A stretch of 64,000 nt of DNA from Raillietiella orientalis (Eukaryota), in the NCBI GenBank assembly GCA_036172245.1, contig JAYWIR010000003.1, forward strand, positions 5,270,001-5,334,000, read 5' to 3'. Positions 51,139-63,700 of this stretch are shown here, piece after piece (positions within the stretch are counted from its first letter, which is position 1; the number at the start of each line of letters is the position of its first letter). The translations under genes were made by a program, and so were the position numbers. The notes under the pieces are model-generated. The model searched no databases, was not told the origin of the DNA, and worked only from the letters and a program-made list of their open reading frames with translations.

Positions 51139-51231
51139 TTGCATTCTACACCTCACAGATGTGAGGTGTAGATTGCAAAGAGCATATGTGTGCTTCCATA
51201 TGCTTTTAAATTTCTTTTTGCAATCTACTCA
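51139..51231. repeat. Compound inverted repeat / foldback
   Basis: 19-bp arms 51139-51157 and 51160-51178 (1 mismatch, 2-nt spacer); a second hairpin at 51178-51207; a partial third copy of the arm at 51217-51231. Confidence 0.8.
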
Positions 51232-54200
51232 TGATACACATGTGGAGCTTTATACAGAGTTAATGTTCTGATAAAGTGTTTTGGTTATGACTATCACAGT
51301 CATGGAATCCATTATTTGGATTTGCTTTGCTGCTGCAAAACGCCAACGTGACAATTTCAAAGTTTCCCACTTTGCCTTCGTTCAAATACCACATAAGGCG
51401 ATTTCATTCTTCCCAAGCAAGGTAACTTGATGGGTAATGCCAGGAGACCACGGTTCAGCAAACTCAAAGCATCAAAAGAAGGAAAGCATTAAGCACAATA
51501 GTCGTTCTAAAGCAATAAGATATTGAAACCTTGCAGTTCCCTCGATGAAACGGAGATTTTTATAAAGGAAGTGAGCTTTCAAGAAAAACTCACATCTGCC
51601 TCATGATCTCAAAAAACCCATGGAATTTTCGGAAGTCTCTTTCGGTGAAACTCGAACCACATTTTTGCCTTGTGGATTTCACCGTTTCGATTTGTTTTCT
51701 GGTGATTGCACGGTTGCATGGATTTCACGTTGCATTTCTGACGGTCCGCTCCGAATTTCGGAAGTTTTTCATTGTGTTCGGGACGCGCACTCATCGAGCA
51801 CCAAAGATCGACATCACCTTCTAATAAATAACCTACGATAAAATTTGAAAGTCTATTCTTCCAAAACTGCTCTCTCCAGCTGTTTTGCTGTTTGTTCCTA
51901 CGTGTCTAAAACATCTTTGCATCTCCGCTCATTCCGTTTCTTAGGACCAAAAAGGAACCGGGAAGCTGCTGTTGCCTTTCGGTTGGCCTCCCTGCTGAAG
52001 TTTCATGAGAAGGAATTCAATGTACCGTTTTCGTCAAGGTGAGACCTCTTCTTCTGAGTTTGCAGCAGTGCCTTGCAGAACCCTCTGCTTAAGCTCGAGA
52101 TAAGCTTGAGATGCTCACAGTCAGCAAGACAGTGGAGGAAGCTTTCCCCGAAGCATTGGAAGTTGAAGTGAGGCATCAACAGTGTTGACACAGATGTTTA
52201 CACAGGTCAGCCAATGCCGCAGATGCCACAGGGGCCAACTTTGGCGCCGAGAATTGCTTGCACTCGGTTACCCTGGGAAGCATTTTCAGGTCGGGCAAAT
52301 GGGGCAATCTCAGGAAATTCGAGCTTAGTTGAAAAAGCGAAACTGCTGAAAGTAGGTGGCAGAAGTGAGGGCGATAAGAAATAGGTGTTGAGGGCCATTT
52401 GATGGCTCGGTGGAGAACGACACAATGATCTGATAGTGACACCATTAGTCAAGGGGTTTTGAAAAATTTTCCGTTCCCATTTTTAGCTTTGGTGGCTTTA
52501 GTGAGAAGAACTTCTCAAAGTAGCAAGAACAAAGTAGAAGTGGATACGCGCGGAAAAACAAAAACAAAGTCAGGTGCTTTTTTTGTGGGAAATGGGGTAC
52601 CCAGAATCCAGTGCTCCGGGAGGCCGGCTTACTTATATCCCATGTTATCCGAAATTACTCCAAAGTTAGCTGTCAAGTGCTTTCGTGGTGCCCATGTGAT
52701 GCAAGAAGAATCAGCCACCATTAAGAAAAGTGACGGGCAGTCAGAGATTCAGGATGGAGCATCTGATTTCCTTTTTAAAACAGATCTGAGTATAGAAAAA
52801 TAAGAGACTTTGAAGGTGGCCAGCGAATCCGAGGATAGAAGAACCAATGTGTTTTGATCTCCTTTTAAGAGGGGAGCTCAAACACATTTTGACCTCAGTC
52901 AAGACGGTGCTGACGTCAGGATAGTGAGTAGTGAACCAGAAACTTGCTTGGAAATGAGGGTGTAGATCATCTCGAAGATATCCAGGAGTGTCCAATCACC
53001 AGTGAACTCAATGCTGCCAAGTACCTTCCCATGTCCGAGGAATCTCGAACAAGCAGTTAATGCTGGGTGGAATGCTTTCCAGAACGCTCCAAATCGGAAG
53101 CGTCTTCCTATAAACCTGCAGATCTTGATTCTGAATTTTCTGTAGCTTCGGAAATAGATGGGTGCTCAGGATTATCAGTATCTTCTGACACGTAGAATAG
53201 TTGTCCAGCCCTTCACCTTACAAAGGGAGATGTAAGAAGTTTTGTCTGTCACAGATCAGGTTTCAGAGTCAGAGTTTTAGGAGCATAGGGAGGAAAACAA
53301 AGAATCCAAGTGAGATCTTCTTGAAACTCGAAACAATGAGAAGATGAGTATTGGGTAGGGCACTTCGGACAAAGATAAGTGGTAAACGAGAAAATATCGC
53401 AAAAACAGAAAAGCAGAGTCTTGATTTTGATGTGTGGAAACTCATTCGTGATGAGTTCGGGGTGCCAAGGTGCCAAGATGGTCGCAACAGTCGTCATTAA
53501 TGAATTTCTAAGATAGAGTATATTCCTTGGTCATGAGCTTCATCCACATCTGAAGCCATCTCTTAGAGGGAATGAGGGTTTAAAAATACTTCAGAGATTT
53601 TTCCAGTTTATCAGTACAGGGATAGATGGTATCGATCCCATGGGAAGCTCACATGAATCACCTCAACAGTTCCGTGGCGAAAAGTGTTCACAAAGTGTCT
53701 TAGGCTGCTTTTTATATTCATCACTTGTCTGTCAGTTCGGACCCTCCTTTGTCGAAGGAAAGTGTCGTTATTTGCAGCCCTTTAGTTCTACGTGTGTACA
53801 TGAAAGCAAGCTTGAATTCCTTGCTTCATCAGATCGAACTGGTGAAAGTAGCACTTCAACAGCGTCAACAGATGACATAATGAGATAAATGGTAATCGTG
53901 TAAGACAAAAGTTGGATATGCAGCCAAGCAGCACGTGACATCTGAGTGACCAAGGACCATCTGAGGGCCTTTCTACCTATAAAGATCAAAAGACGAAAAC
54001 TAGAAGATATTTAAAATAAAAAACTTAAATTCAAAGAGGACTCTTGTAAAGAGGAGGATTTGTGCAGTCAGAAGAAGAATTTACGTTGATAACTGAGTGC
54101 CTGTTCAGTGCTTCCTTTACGGAAGAAATCAAAGTAGCCTTTTGTTTTTGCGGCATATCCCTGACTTTGTAAGATGCAATGCACAAAGTAATTTTGGATT

Positions 54201-57200
54201 TGTTGTACATCTTAGGCTTTACGTGTTTCACGATGCTACAGATCGACATCAGCATCTCCATATTTAGAGGCTGTTTCCTTTGGAATGAATGGATCTTCTC
54301 TTGAAACCTGCGAAGTACTTCCTCAAATTCTTGAAGGCTCCAACTGAAACAGTCTAGTTTGCGTTTTGTTTCATTTTGATCTTTTTTCCATGTTTGTTAT
54401 TTTCTTTTTATACGTCCCTATTTCTTTCTCGCTCGTGAAAGAAAAATAAGAAACCAGAACGGATCAAGAGTGGTCAGTGCTATCTTCGGGAGAAGAATGT
54501 GCATAAAGATACCATCATCATCCGAAAACCTTCTCTTAATTAGGTGAAGTTTGACAACGACAACTGCAAATCTCTGGCGAAAACGTAAAAAATCACAATT
54601 ATCGCAAATTCGATCGTAACAAACTGCTCTTGAGGAAGCGTCAAGTGAGAGAAAATTGTCTGTGAGCATCTTTGACGGACCGTTTCCTAGGATTGCCTCC
54701 TCATTACTTCTGCATTTGTTTTCCATATGCATGGTGCAGTTGGGATCAAGCAGAGCTCTCTGGGACCAAGTTCCGTGTGTTTTTTATCATGATGCAACCT
54801 ACCTGTTTGCCCGCGTCGGAGGCCGTGTGGTTACGGTGGTCTCCGCGCGTGGCACCACGCGTCGCGGGCATCCCACGAGATGATGCTGGGTGGCATGCAT
54901 TCATCCGGGTGCGCCACTAGTAGCGGTTGAAACCGGATGCCACCGATGAAGGCCAGGACAAATGGGAATCGACCTCGGGTCCTTCCAGGAATCAACCATA
55001 GTTCTGCTCAACACCAACATGAATGAACTCTGGCAAGCATGAATGAACTCAAAGCATGCGCGGCTCATGGTCCGATGAGAACGTTGGACTTTCGTATCCC
55101 AGAGCATTATTTAAGTAGGTGGACAAGTAGCACCAAATACCAAAGAGGGGTTATCCGCTTGTAATCTGCTTAAAGAGAAGGATGAAGCCTGTTCACCCAA
55201 GAAGTCGGCAATTCTTAGTGCCAAACAACTGTCCCTACGAAGGAGGTGGTACCAAGGAAGGTATTAGCAGCGTACTTTTTTTCAGTGAGCTCGGCTCCTG
55301 AAAATCCACTCATACAGGCTATTCATGTTTTCCATGGTACGAAAATTCCATGAGTTGCTCATGGATTTGTCAGCCGGCTGTAGGACTGCCATGAACTATG
55401 CGCAGGAAAGAGGATCAGGCATCTCAGCATCCAGAATGCACTGTCAAACAAGTCAGGAAAACCTGAAGAATTTTATTGGTCTCCATCGAATTTACGTGAT
55501 CTTCGATCCACGACAGTGGAGAGGGGAACAAACAGAAAATATGCTTGAGGGGGAAAAGGAGATAGCCATCTTAGAACTCGGCATGGGAATCCACAGTGGA
55601 GGATCGTGGTAGGCTTCCATTCGCTGTTCAGCAGCTGTCCGGTTAAGGCGCTGCTAGATGCCAGATTCCCACTTTTCAAATGCCTCTTACCATTCTTTAG
55701 CGAAAATGAGATGACCCTGAATGAGAATTTGCAGTCCATGAGAGTTTACGGCAAACTGCACACAATCATACTTGTTGCTTTTTTCAAGGTTTCCTCCACG
55801 TTTATTTACCCCATCGTGGTATCCTCAAGAAGCTCGTTTTTCTTCTAGGTTCACTGAACCCTGTTAACGATCCAGCATTCCAGCTTGCCACATTCCTTGC
55901 TGCAGGAGTGCGACTGAGCACTTTGGATGGATGCATGTGGGTGGAGGGATACATTCCGTTATTCATTTGGGTGGGTATCCATAAGTGATAGATGGATGCT
56001 TTTTTTTTTTAAATGACAAAGCTTTTCGGGATGTTCTCCAAAGCTTTGCATCTGACGTCAAACAAAACCCTTCTGTCCCCCTTTCCTTTAGTTTTCAAGA
56101 ACAAAGTCGAAATTTCTGCGCACTGTCATATCTCAGCAGCTTGTCCTCGTGAAGGGTTTTTTACCCCATCTCCCGAGTCCATGGAAACGAAAAAGCTTCG
56201 TTTCCCTTCTGCCAAAAGATAGAACGGAGGATTCTGAGTTTTCAGTTGGACACTCAAGTGCAAGCAATAAGAAAAATGGGTTTCATCTAAAAAGGAAACT
56301 TTCGTTTCCCTATAATACTCTTTGATTGATCGTCAATTCTATTAGGAAGTATGCCGATTCAAACCGACACCCATTTTGCAGCTAATCCGCTCGACAGTCC
56401 TTACGTATCCTTAAAGCACGGAGAGAAATTCTCTAGATCATGAATTCCATATTATAAATTCAAACTGATGAGTGTGAGCAGAAAACCGAAAAACTCTTGA
56501 AGGTGATACGCTTTTGGAGCACTGCTGCCACTAATTATGCACACCATTTGTACATCGTTTCAGTGAAGCGTTTTAAGAATCCTCAAATGGATTCAGATTT
56601 CTCCTGTTTCCCGAAGAATAGAGAGTTAAGATTTTAGAAGGCGGAAATTCACACTTGCTCTTGTTCCGTGGTTGGAGTAAGCGATAGGCTCGCGAAGTCC
56701 TATCTCTATCAGTGTACCTATTTCACATGGATAGGCCAAAATGACCTCTGTGTGACCATCTGGAAGGCTCAAGTGGACCCTGTCATTTTCCAGCTTGCGA
56801 AACGGTTTTGAGAATTTACACGTATCCACGACAGATGCAAACCAGGCAAGGGTGACCAGTTTGGCCTGCTCTGAAGAAAGCTGAAGGACAGTGGCGACTA
56901 AATGGCAGAACCGTTGGCTACGAAGACGATTTGAGAAAGAAACCAGAAGCCACCAATATTTCAGTACACGTGGAGTCTCGTATTAACTAGTTTCTACAAT
57001 TTCTAATTATGGAGCATCTATCATGGGAAAGAATTCACTAATGGCTGAGTAAAGAATTCGGTTAAGGTAATGGAAAGGCGGAAACCACAGGAACTAAGAA
57101 AATAAGAAAACTTGAAGCTACCTTTTCATATTGACCATAAGCATTTGATGACAATAGTTTTACGTGCATACAAGAATATGATTGCCCATGCATGGGGATA

Positions 57201-59460
57201 GCAATCGAATCAGGATGGTTACTATTATATTCTTATTATTCATTTTCTGATTCAAAAAGTGACAGACTCTCACATTTTCAATGAATAGGGAAACTAAGTT
57301 GAGTTGCAGATTCTAGCACTCTACAAATATTTGCACCGAGCAAACAGGAACAAGAATTCAGAGATCCCGAAGAGCATCCTGCTCCAACCCGGTGAGGCAG
57401 CGTAGTATGTACTGTTGGCATTACTAATGGTGTACTTCGTACAACCTCCTAAGCAATGCAAATGCATTCATGCAAAGCTGAAAACAAGGAAATTACGCCG
57501 TTCGCGTGATCTCGTGGATCCTTCATCAGTACTCCAACTAGAAACCCTGTGCAGGCATTCGTGGACTTGAAAAAAAGGAAAAACCGCTTTCCCAACGCTG
57601 ACGTGCGGAGGGGATAAGGAAATTAGGAAACACACCTCGGCTGCTGCATGCAATCAGGAAAGAACCAAATTCCGATTTTCGGATGGTTCCAGAATTTGTT
57701 CTGTGATTTGCGAATCTGTTCGGAAGTCTCGTCAGTCACAATCATGCGATCGAGTTTGGCAGCAGTGCTTTCTTTGTGATAATCTGAATGCCAAACCTGA
57801 GTGCACAAGATAAGAGCTGAAAACAGAATAATTAAGAAGGATGGATTTCAGCATGTCATTAGCCAAGAACGGACCGCTGGTGACCGGAATGTCCTTGATG
57901 CAATGCAAATTCGTGTGTGCATCCCTTGCTGTCCATCTTGCTCTTCAGATCCCTGTTAGTGCAATCATTTTCTACACAGAAGGAACAGAGGACGCATATC
58001 ATTAACGGTTGTTGGGACAGGACGCTGAATGGGGAACCATCTTTTCTCAGAATCCTTGAGACCCTTTCATTCGGGAGATTTTTCTTGGGGGTGAACTTTT
58101 GCGGACACTTGAAAAGGAAGACGATGATCGGAATTGTGAGACGGAGAAGAAAGGGCCTTCATGCTTTCTGTACCCTTTTTCCGGTTTTTACTCTATTGTG
58201 TTTTGAATGTTGTAGATGGCTTAACTAAACTTTCAACCACAAAAACCATGGAATAAGATCATAGGACTTGAAAGAGAGCTTCAAGGATTTAGGAAGAATC
58301 AGTAGAATTCGCGAAATAGGAGTTGACAGGGGTGTTCGGTCATGTCAGTCTGACGAACGGATTGCCGACTTAAATTTGCCATTCCTTCCGGAAATCATAT
58401 GGCTCTCTGTTGTGAGCATTCTTATCAAGGGATTTCAATCTAGCTGAGATTTAATGAAGTGATGAGACAGGAAATAAAAATCTCCAAGTCTATGCGCAAA
58501 GATCTAAACCAGATAGAAAAGTCCTTAAAAAAAAGATACAAGTCAAGGGAAAAAAAAAGAAAAGAACAAAGACTTTGGACATTTGGACTGCTCTGAGTAA
58601 CTCAGAAGTCTTAGAAGCAGAGGGAGCAGATCTCAAATATTGAAAGAGGTAGAAGAAAAAAGAAATCTTCCTTCATAAGAGAAAGAGACGATTATATAAA
58701 TAAATCTAGAGAACTGCAGACTATCATCGTACGTGTACAATGAATCACTAGGTGGTTATTACACATGAGCTATCTGTGAAGCGCGGTGGAGTGGGCAGAT
58801 TTTCGGACTTTTGGGAAGCTGGAACGTCTGGTAGAGGATCTTTTGGTCTGAACCATCGGTCGGACAGGTAGGGAGAATTCCTTGCTTAGATTATCCGCAG
58901 CTCGAAATCGAGCAGCTGCTTTACTACTTATGGCAAAAATCTTCCAAAGAGATTCAGAAACATTGGAAAGTAAACTTCCAACTTTTTTTCCTAAAATGAT
59001 AGTAAAACCTAATCTTAAATATTTGATAAATAAAAAAATGAAAACAAACGTAAACATAGAATGATAGCTGAATTTTTATTATTCCATAGTGTTTCATTAG
59101 TATGTATCATCATAAATATTTGATTGAATTTCATTAAAAATAGCTATAAGCATACTGTGCGGTCAAACTATCATTATTTCATTCAATGTACATCCCTTGT
59201 TCTTTTGAATCTGCTCCCAGCACGCTGCCTCTCGGATTGTGGTTCTAAATAACAAAGACGCAGAACATGGGAAAGGTCATCAATTGATCTCTGCTGGCTG
59301 CTCCCATTTGTGAATTTTCTCTCATCATCCCGCGGTACTCCTTCTCCCATCTCAGTCTAAAAAATGAGATGCGGTATTTTCTCTTTCAACGAATCTGAAG
59401 TTTCATTTCTCCTTCAATCCGACGGTTCGATCGAACTCGAGAGAAACTGCTCAAGATGCT

Positions 59461-61725
59461 TCAAAGACCTCGGGGACTCGGGGAGTGACTTAGCTCGACT
59501 TCGACCTTCCGAAGAGAGGTCGCTTTGAGAAAAAAAAGGCTTGCTGAGTTTTCCAAGATCTTTGGAGCAGGAAGAACCTTAATCTGCAAAAACAAAAATG
59601 ACTTTTGCGACCATTCTGGACGGAAATGGACCTGAATGAAGGAATCCTTCGAAAGATGTTCCCATGCTCCCATGGAGATAACGGAACATCTGTCTTGCGC
59701 ATGGAGCAACAGGGTTTTGAGCGCATTTACGGGTTTTGGATTGCCTGTCTTCAGTGTTGAGTCGGGAGGGAACAAGCGCATACACTGCCCATGGCTCTTG
59801 CTGATGAGGGTCACAAGAGAGGTCGTCGTCATCCCATGAAACGAAAGCAGTGTGCATAGCAGAAGCAAGGAGAACCAAGAGAAATCTCTCTGGAGGAGAG
59901 AGAGTAACCGAGAATACCATGGAAGAGATGAAACAAGCTGAGCTGTCCCATCTCTTCCATGTGGTTACTCGGACTCCGATTTTCCAAGAAGCAAAGAGAA
60001 AAACGGATTAATAGCTAAGCAAGTTTCCTTCTCCTGCTGTTGGGAGGAGATGAAGAATGGATGAGAAAGGAAAAGGATCTTCTTCGTAGAGACTCGGACA
60101 CGCAGATGTCCCTGGAGAAATCACTGGTAAGAAGAAGGATAAGAGCAATCAGCAGAGGTCTACGAAAGAAGCAATGATTTGTTTTTTCCATCAGTTTCTC
60201 CTAACGTTAGAAAATTCACTTTTTCTTTTTTTTCTTAACAGAAAAAAGGAATCAGGAATTTTGGTAAACATTTTCTTCCTCTTACTTGAACGTGCTCTGC
60301 ATTGGAGCACGCAGCAGAACACGTCTGCGACCGTTTCTCTGCGACATCTGCTCGAAGACTCGCCTTTCACTCCTGAAGACTGGCGCAAAATCCCTGTGAG
60401 ACCTATCTGACCATTACGATTTGAGGATTCGCCTGGTAATGCCAATTCTGGATGAAGGGAATTTTGCAACAGTCGAGAAAGAACCATCGAAGAAGCGCAC
60501 GCACTTTTCTCCCTTGCCATGGAGTGTGCTGGCCCGGTTGTTAGAGGAAGCCTCGAAAAGCACTGCCGGGGAGCCAATTCTTGAAAGTTTGTTGAGGCGG
60601 CTTTCATAGCTCGTTCACCATCCTCAGAAGCGCGAAGCTTGAGGTGTTCTTCGAGTTCTTTCGAGCTTTGAGGTGCAGGAGGCAGATTTCCATCTCTTCT
60701 CATGGGAAGCTCTTTCCCTACTCCCATCGCACCCGTAGCACTGAAGATTCCGCTCATCTGAGATTGCGCCAAGTATGCGCTTTGCAATCCAAGAAACCCG
60801 AGTGTAATATGGAAGATTGAAACAGTTCGTTCTTTCTCATCGTCATCGAAAGAACCGGTTCTTCAGCACTTTGGAAGATACGCGTTTGCTATTTTCAAAG
60901 CTATCTTCCCAGCCGAAGTCCTTTGCTGCTGCTCCGCGTCTCAGTCCTTCCACTACTCATAAGGGGGGGGGGGGTCCTGGGTGCGAAAGAGAACTTCGCG
61001 CTTTCGCAGCAGGCAGATGCTTGTGCCCCGCATCAAATGATTCTCTCTACTGCTGCAGCTCGTTGTTTTCCATGGTTTCTCCTCAGACGCAAATGCAACG
61101 TCTTTAGGAGAGCTGCCACTAAATCTGGAGTAGATTGGAGTCTGCTGAAAACAACTATCTTGCCGCTCTGTCTATCGAAAGAAGTCTGGTGCTTCTCCAC
61201 TGTTCCTCTTCCAGTGAGAGGACCAACCATTCTGGCTCTCTGTTCTTTTTCTTCTTTTCCTTGTTTTCTTCCTTACGCCTTTCCGGAAAATGAGACTGAT
61301 GGAGATGGTGTGAGGTGTGATGTGAGGTGAGGCGATGTCAACAGTTTGAAGCAGCTGTCCATGATAAAGTTGTCGGCCTCATAAAACAGCCGCACGAGTC
61401 CAAGGCAGCCTTTCTTTCTGTCATGGAAAATCAGATCCTTTCTTTCACTACGGGAAATCAGACCTGGTTGTGAGGGAATGTCGTAAAGGGACTCCGGAAA
61501 CCGATTGCAGTTTGCCTTGTCAGGAAGAGCGCGCATCTCGAACTTTCTTGGCTGCGGGTGACGGAGCGCCCACGTTGTCATAAACTTGAATGTCTGTGTG
61601 CACTCAGCGCCGAGCAGGCCGAAAGGCTTCTCCACAGAGTGCTCAGACTTTCCTTCGAAACTCATCCCTCGTTCCGTGCATTGCTGCTTCATGTGTGCAG
61701 TGCTAAAACAGAGGGGGGTAGGCAA
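59461..61725 (-). pseudogene. Decayed long reading frame or unrecognised gene exons
   Basis: Minus-strand ORFs of 150, 65, 198 and 135 aa in moderate-GC DNA. 61273-61725 and 61033-61230 are the same frame interrupted by a single TAA. No recognisable domain. Confidence 0.3.
59902..59970. other. Long stem-loop (pre-miRNA-sized hairpin)
   Basis: CATGGAAGAGATG (59918-59930) pairs perfectly with CATCTCTTCCATG (59949-59961); GAGTAACC (59902-59909) pairs with GGTTACTC (59963-59970). Confidence 0.55.
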
Positions 61726-62089
61726 CCTTGTATTCAGCAGGCAGGAACCCCAGAAGGAAAGTTTCCAAGCTTTGCGAGTTCTGCAGCATGCATTGGAGAT
61801 TTTCTATGGTTGATGAGCAGAGTTCGAACGAGAGTCTGATTCTTCGAGGGTGACTCTGCAGTTTCATCTGCACCCGAAATTCTGAAACTTCCGCATTTCA
61901 GTTCAGGGGACAGTCGTATCCAAGGAAGAGGCGCGATTACTCTTCTTGATTACGCAGGCTTCTGGTTGCATTCTCTTGAAGTGCCTCAGACGCAGATCCA
62001 TGACCCAACGCTTACAAAACGCTGGTGTCATTACGGTTACAGTGTTTGCGACAGTGGCACAAATGCAAGAGCGCGTTTTCCAACCGAAT

Positions 62090-63700
62090 TTTCCGGGGCA
62101 TTTATTATAAAAATAAATAAATAATGATATAAAGAATCCCACAGTGAAGAATCTAAATAAATTTAGATTTTTTTTATGGTGGAACTAAAAAAAAGATGGA
62201 AAAACCTGGAATCTGCCGGGTTGCCAGTACGGGCGAGGTCCGCTTCAGCAGAGAAGGGGGAGGAGTAGAAACCAAAACAAACAAACAAAAAGAATAGACG
62301 AACAAACGAAAAAAGGACGGGAAAGTTTCTTCAGAGGGAAGGAAGGGAAGTTAGGGAAGGGATTCCTGTTCGCTGCCCGGCGTCGTCAACGTCCTGACCA
62401 GGATGCCGGCAGCTTCAGTGCGTTTGTCGCCCAGATGGAACCACCCTGCGGTAATCCTCATGAGGACTTTCGCTCGGAGGATGGAGTCCCTTCCATTTTG
62501 TCCTCTCCTTGTGACGTTCCAGGCTGCTGTCATTCCACGAAAGTAGCAAAGAGCTGTCAGGCACGTGGCTGGTGGTGGCGCATCACGCGCAAAGAGGCGT
62601 TTTGCAATGTTTCTGAGGCTGCTCGACGGGAACCGGAGGGCCGTCCACAGACGTTCCCATAGGGGCCAGAGGGCTACACAGTCGAGAAGCAAATGCGGGG
62701 ATGTCTCCCTTTCCCCACACCTAGATGGTCCACAGTCCGGTGGTGAGGGCGCGCTTTCGTGGAGCACCCCAATACAAGATGTGCAACGCCACCCCTGCCA
62801 CTTCAAGGGGAGGGTGGAGCTGTACGTGAAAGTAGCGGGCGACATCGGAGCTTCTCGAGAGACTTTGAAAAGCTGGGCGCATCGCAGACACTGGGTGGGA
62901 CACTGAAAGTTGCAGCGCCCGTTAGCTCCCGCGCAATGCGTCCCGCTGCAATGCAGCAGGACGCCTCCCAACTCGCCAGTGTTGACATTTTCTTCCCTGA
63001 GGGAGGGCAGCATTCCGACAAGGGAGGTGAACGACGTCCAAAGGATCTTCCGCGGACCTCTTACCACCTGCTGAAGCGACGGACGACTGTACCTGCCACA
63101 TTGCAAACAGGCGTACTCCGCCTCGCCAAAGTGCGTACGACGTGCAGTGGGGAAGTTGTACGCTAGGGTGCCCCTCGACCAGGACTGTGCTACGAAGCTG
63201 CTCGAGGCGAACAATCACCGTCTGGAGGAGGAGGCTCCTGGCTGGAATGATAAGCCATCAGCGAGATCGTTGTCTATATCGAAGGGCTGAAAAGAAAAGC
63301 TGCCCCAGGTGCGGATGGACTGTCTTCGGGTATGCACAAAATCAGTGGCAGAAGGAGCATCCGCGGCCCATCCATGGACGCAGCTAATCCGGGATACAGT
63401 CCAGGTTTTTGCATCTTTTAGGACAGCCAGGGTCCGTCTCTTTCCTAGCAAGGAAAACATGCGCTGCCTGAGCGGCTGGCGTCCCACCACGATCGCAAGA
63501 CCAACGTCAAGTTGCTCTTCAAGGTGTCAAGCGTGCTAACAGAACAGTTAGCGGAATCCATAATCAGCCCGGAGCAGATCTACGCAGCCTCAGGTCAAAC
63601 CATGGATGCCAACCTGCTCTAATATTCCTCCTGATTCAGGCTAAGGAGAAAGAAAAAGGCATAGCCACTTCGAAAAAGAGCGCAGACTGCACAGAGAGCG
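62090..63700 (-). mobile_element. Tx1/L1-clade copy D, 5'-truncated with an inverted 5' segment
   Basis: Minus strand about 63130-62090: ORF2 C-terminus (LPLKWQ, RCGERETSPHLLLDC) homologous to copy B, then 3' UTR ending AATAAATGCCCCGG. Plus strand about 63130-63700: early RT (KLYARVPLDQ, KAAPGADGL, RLFPSKENMRCLSGWRPTT, ISPEQ, MDANL) homologous to copy A. Confidence 0.88.
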
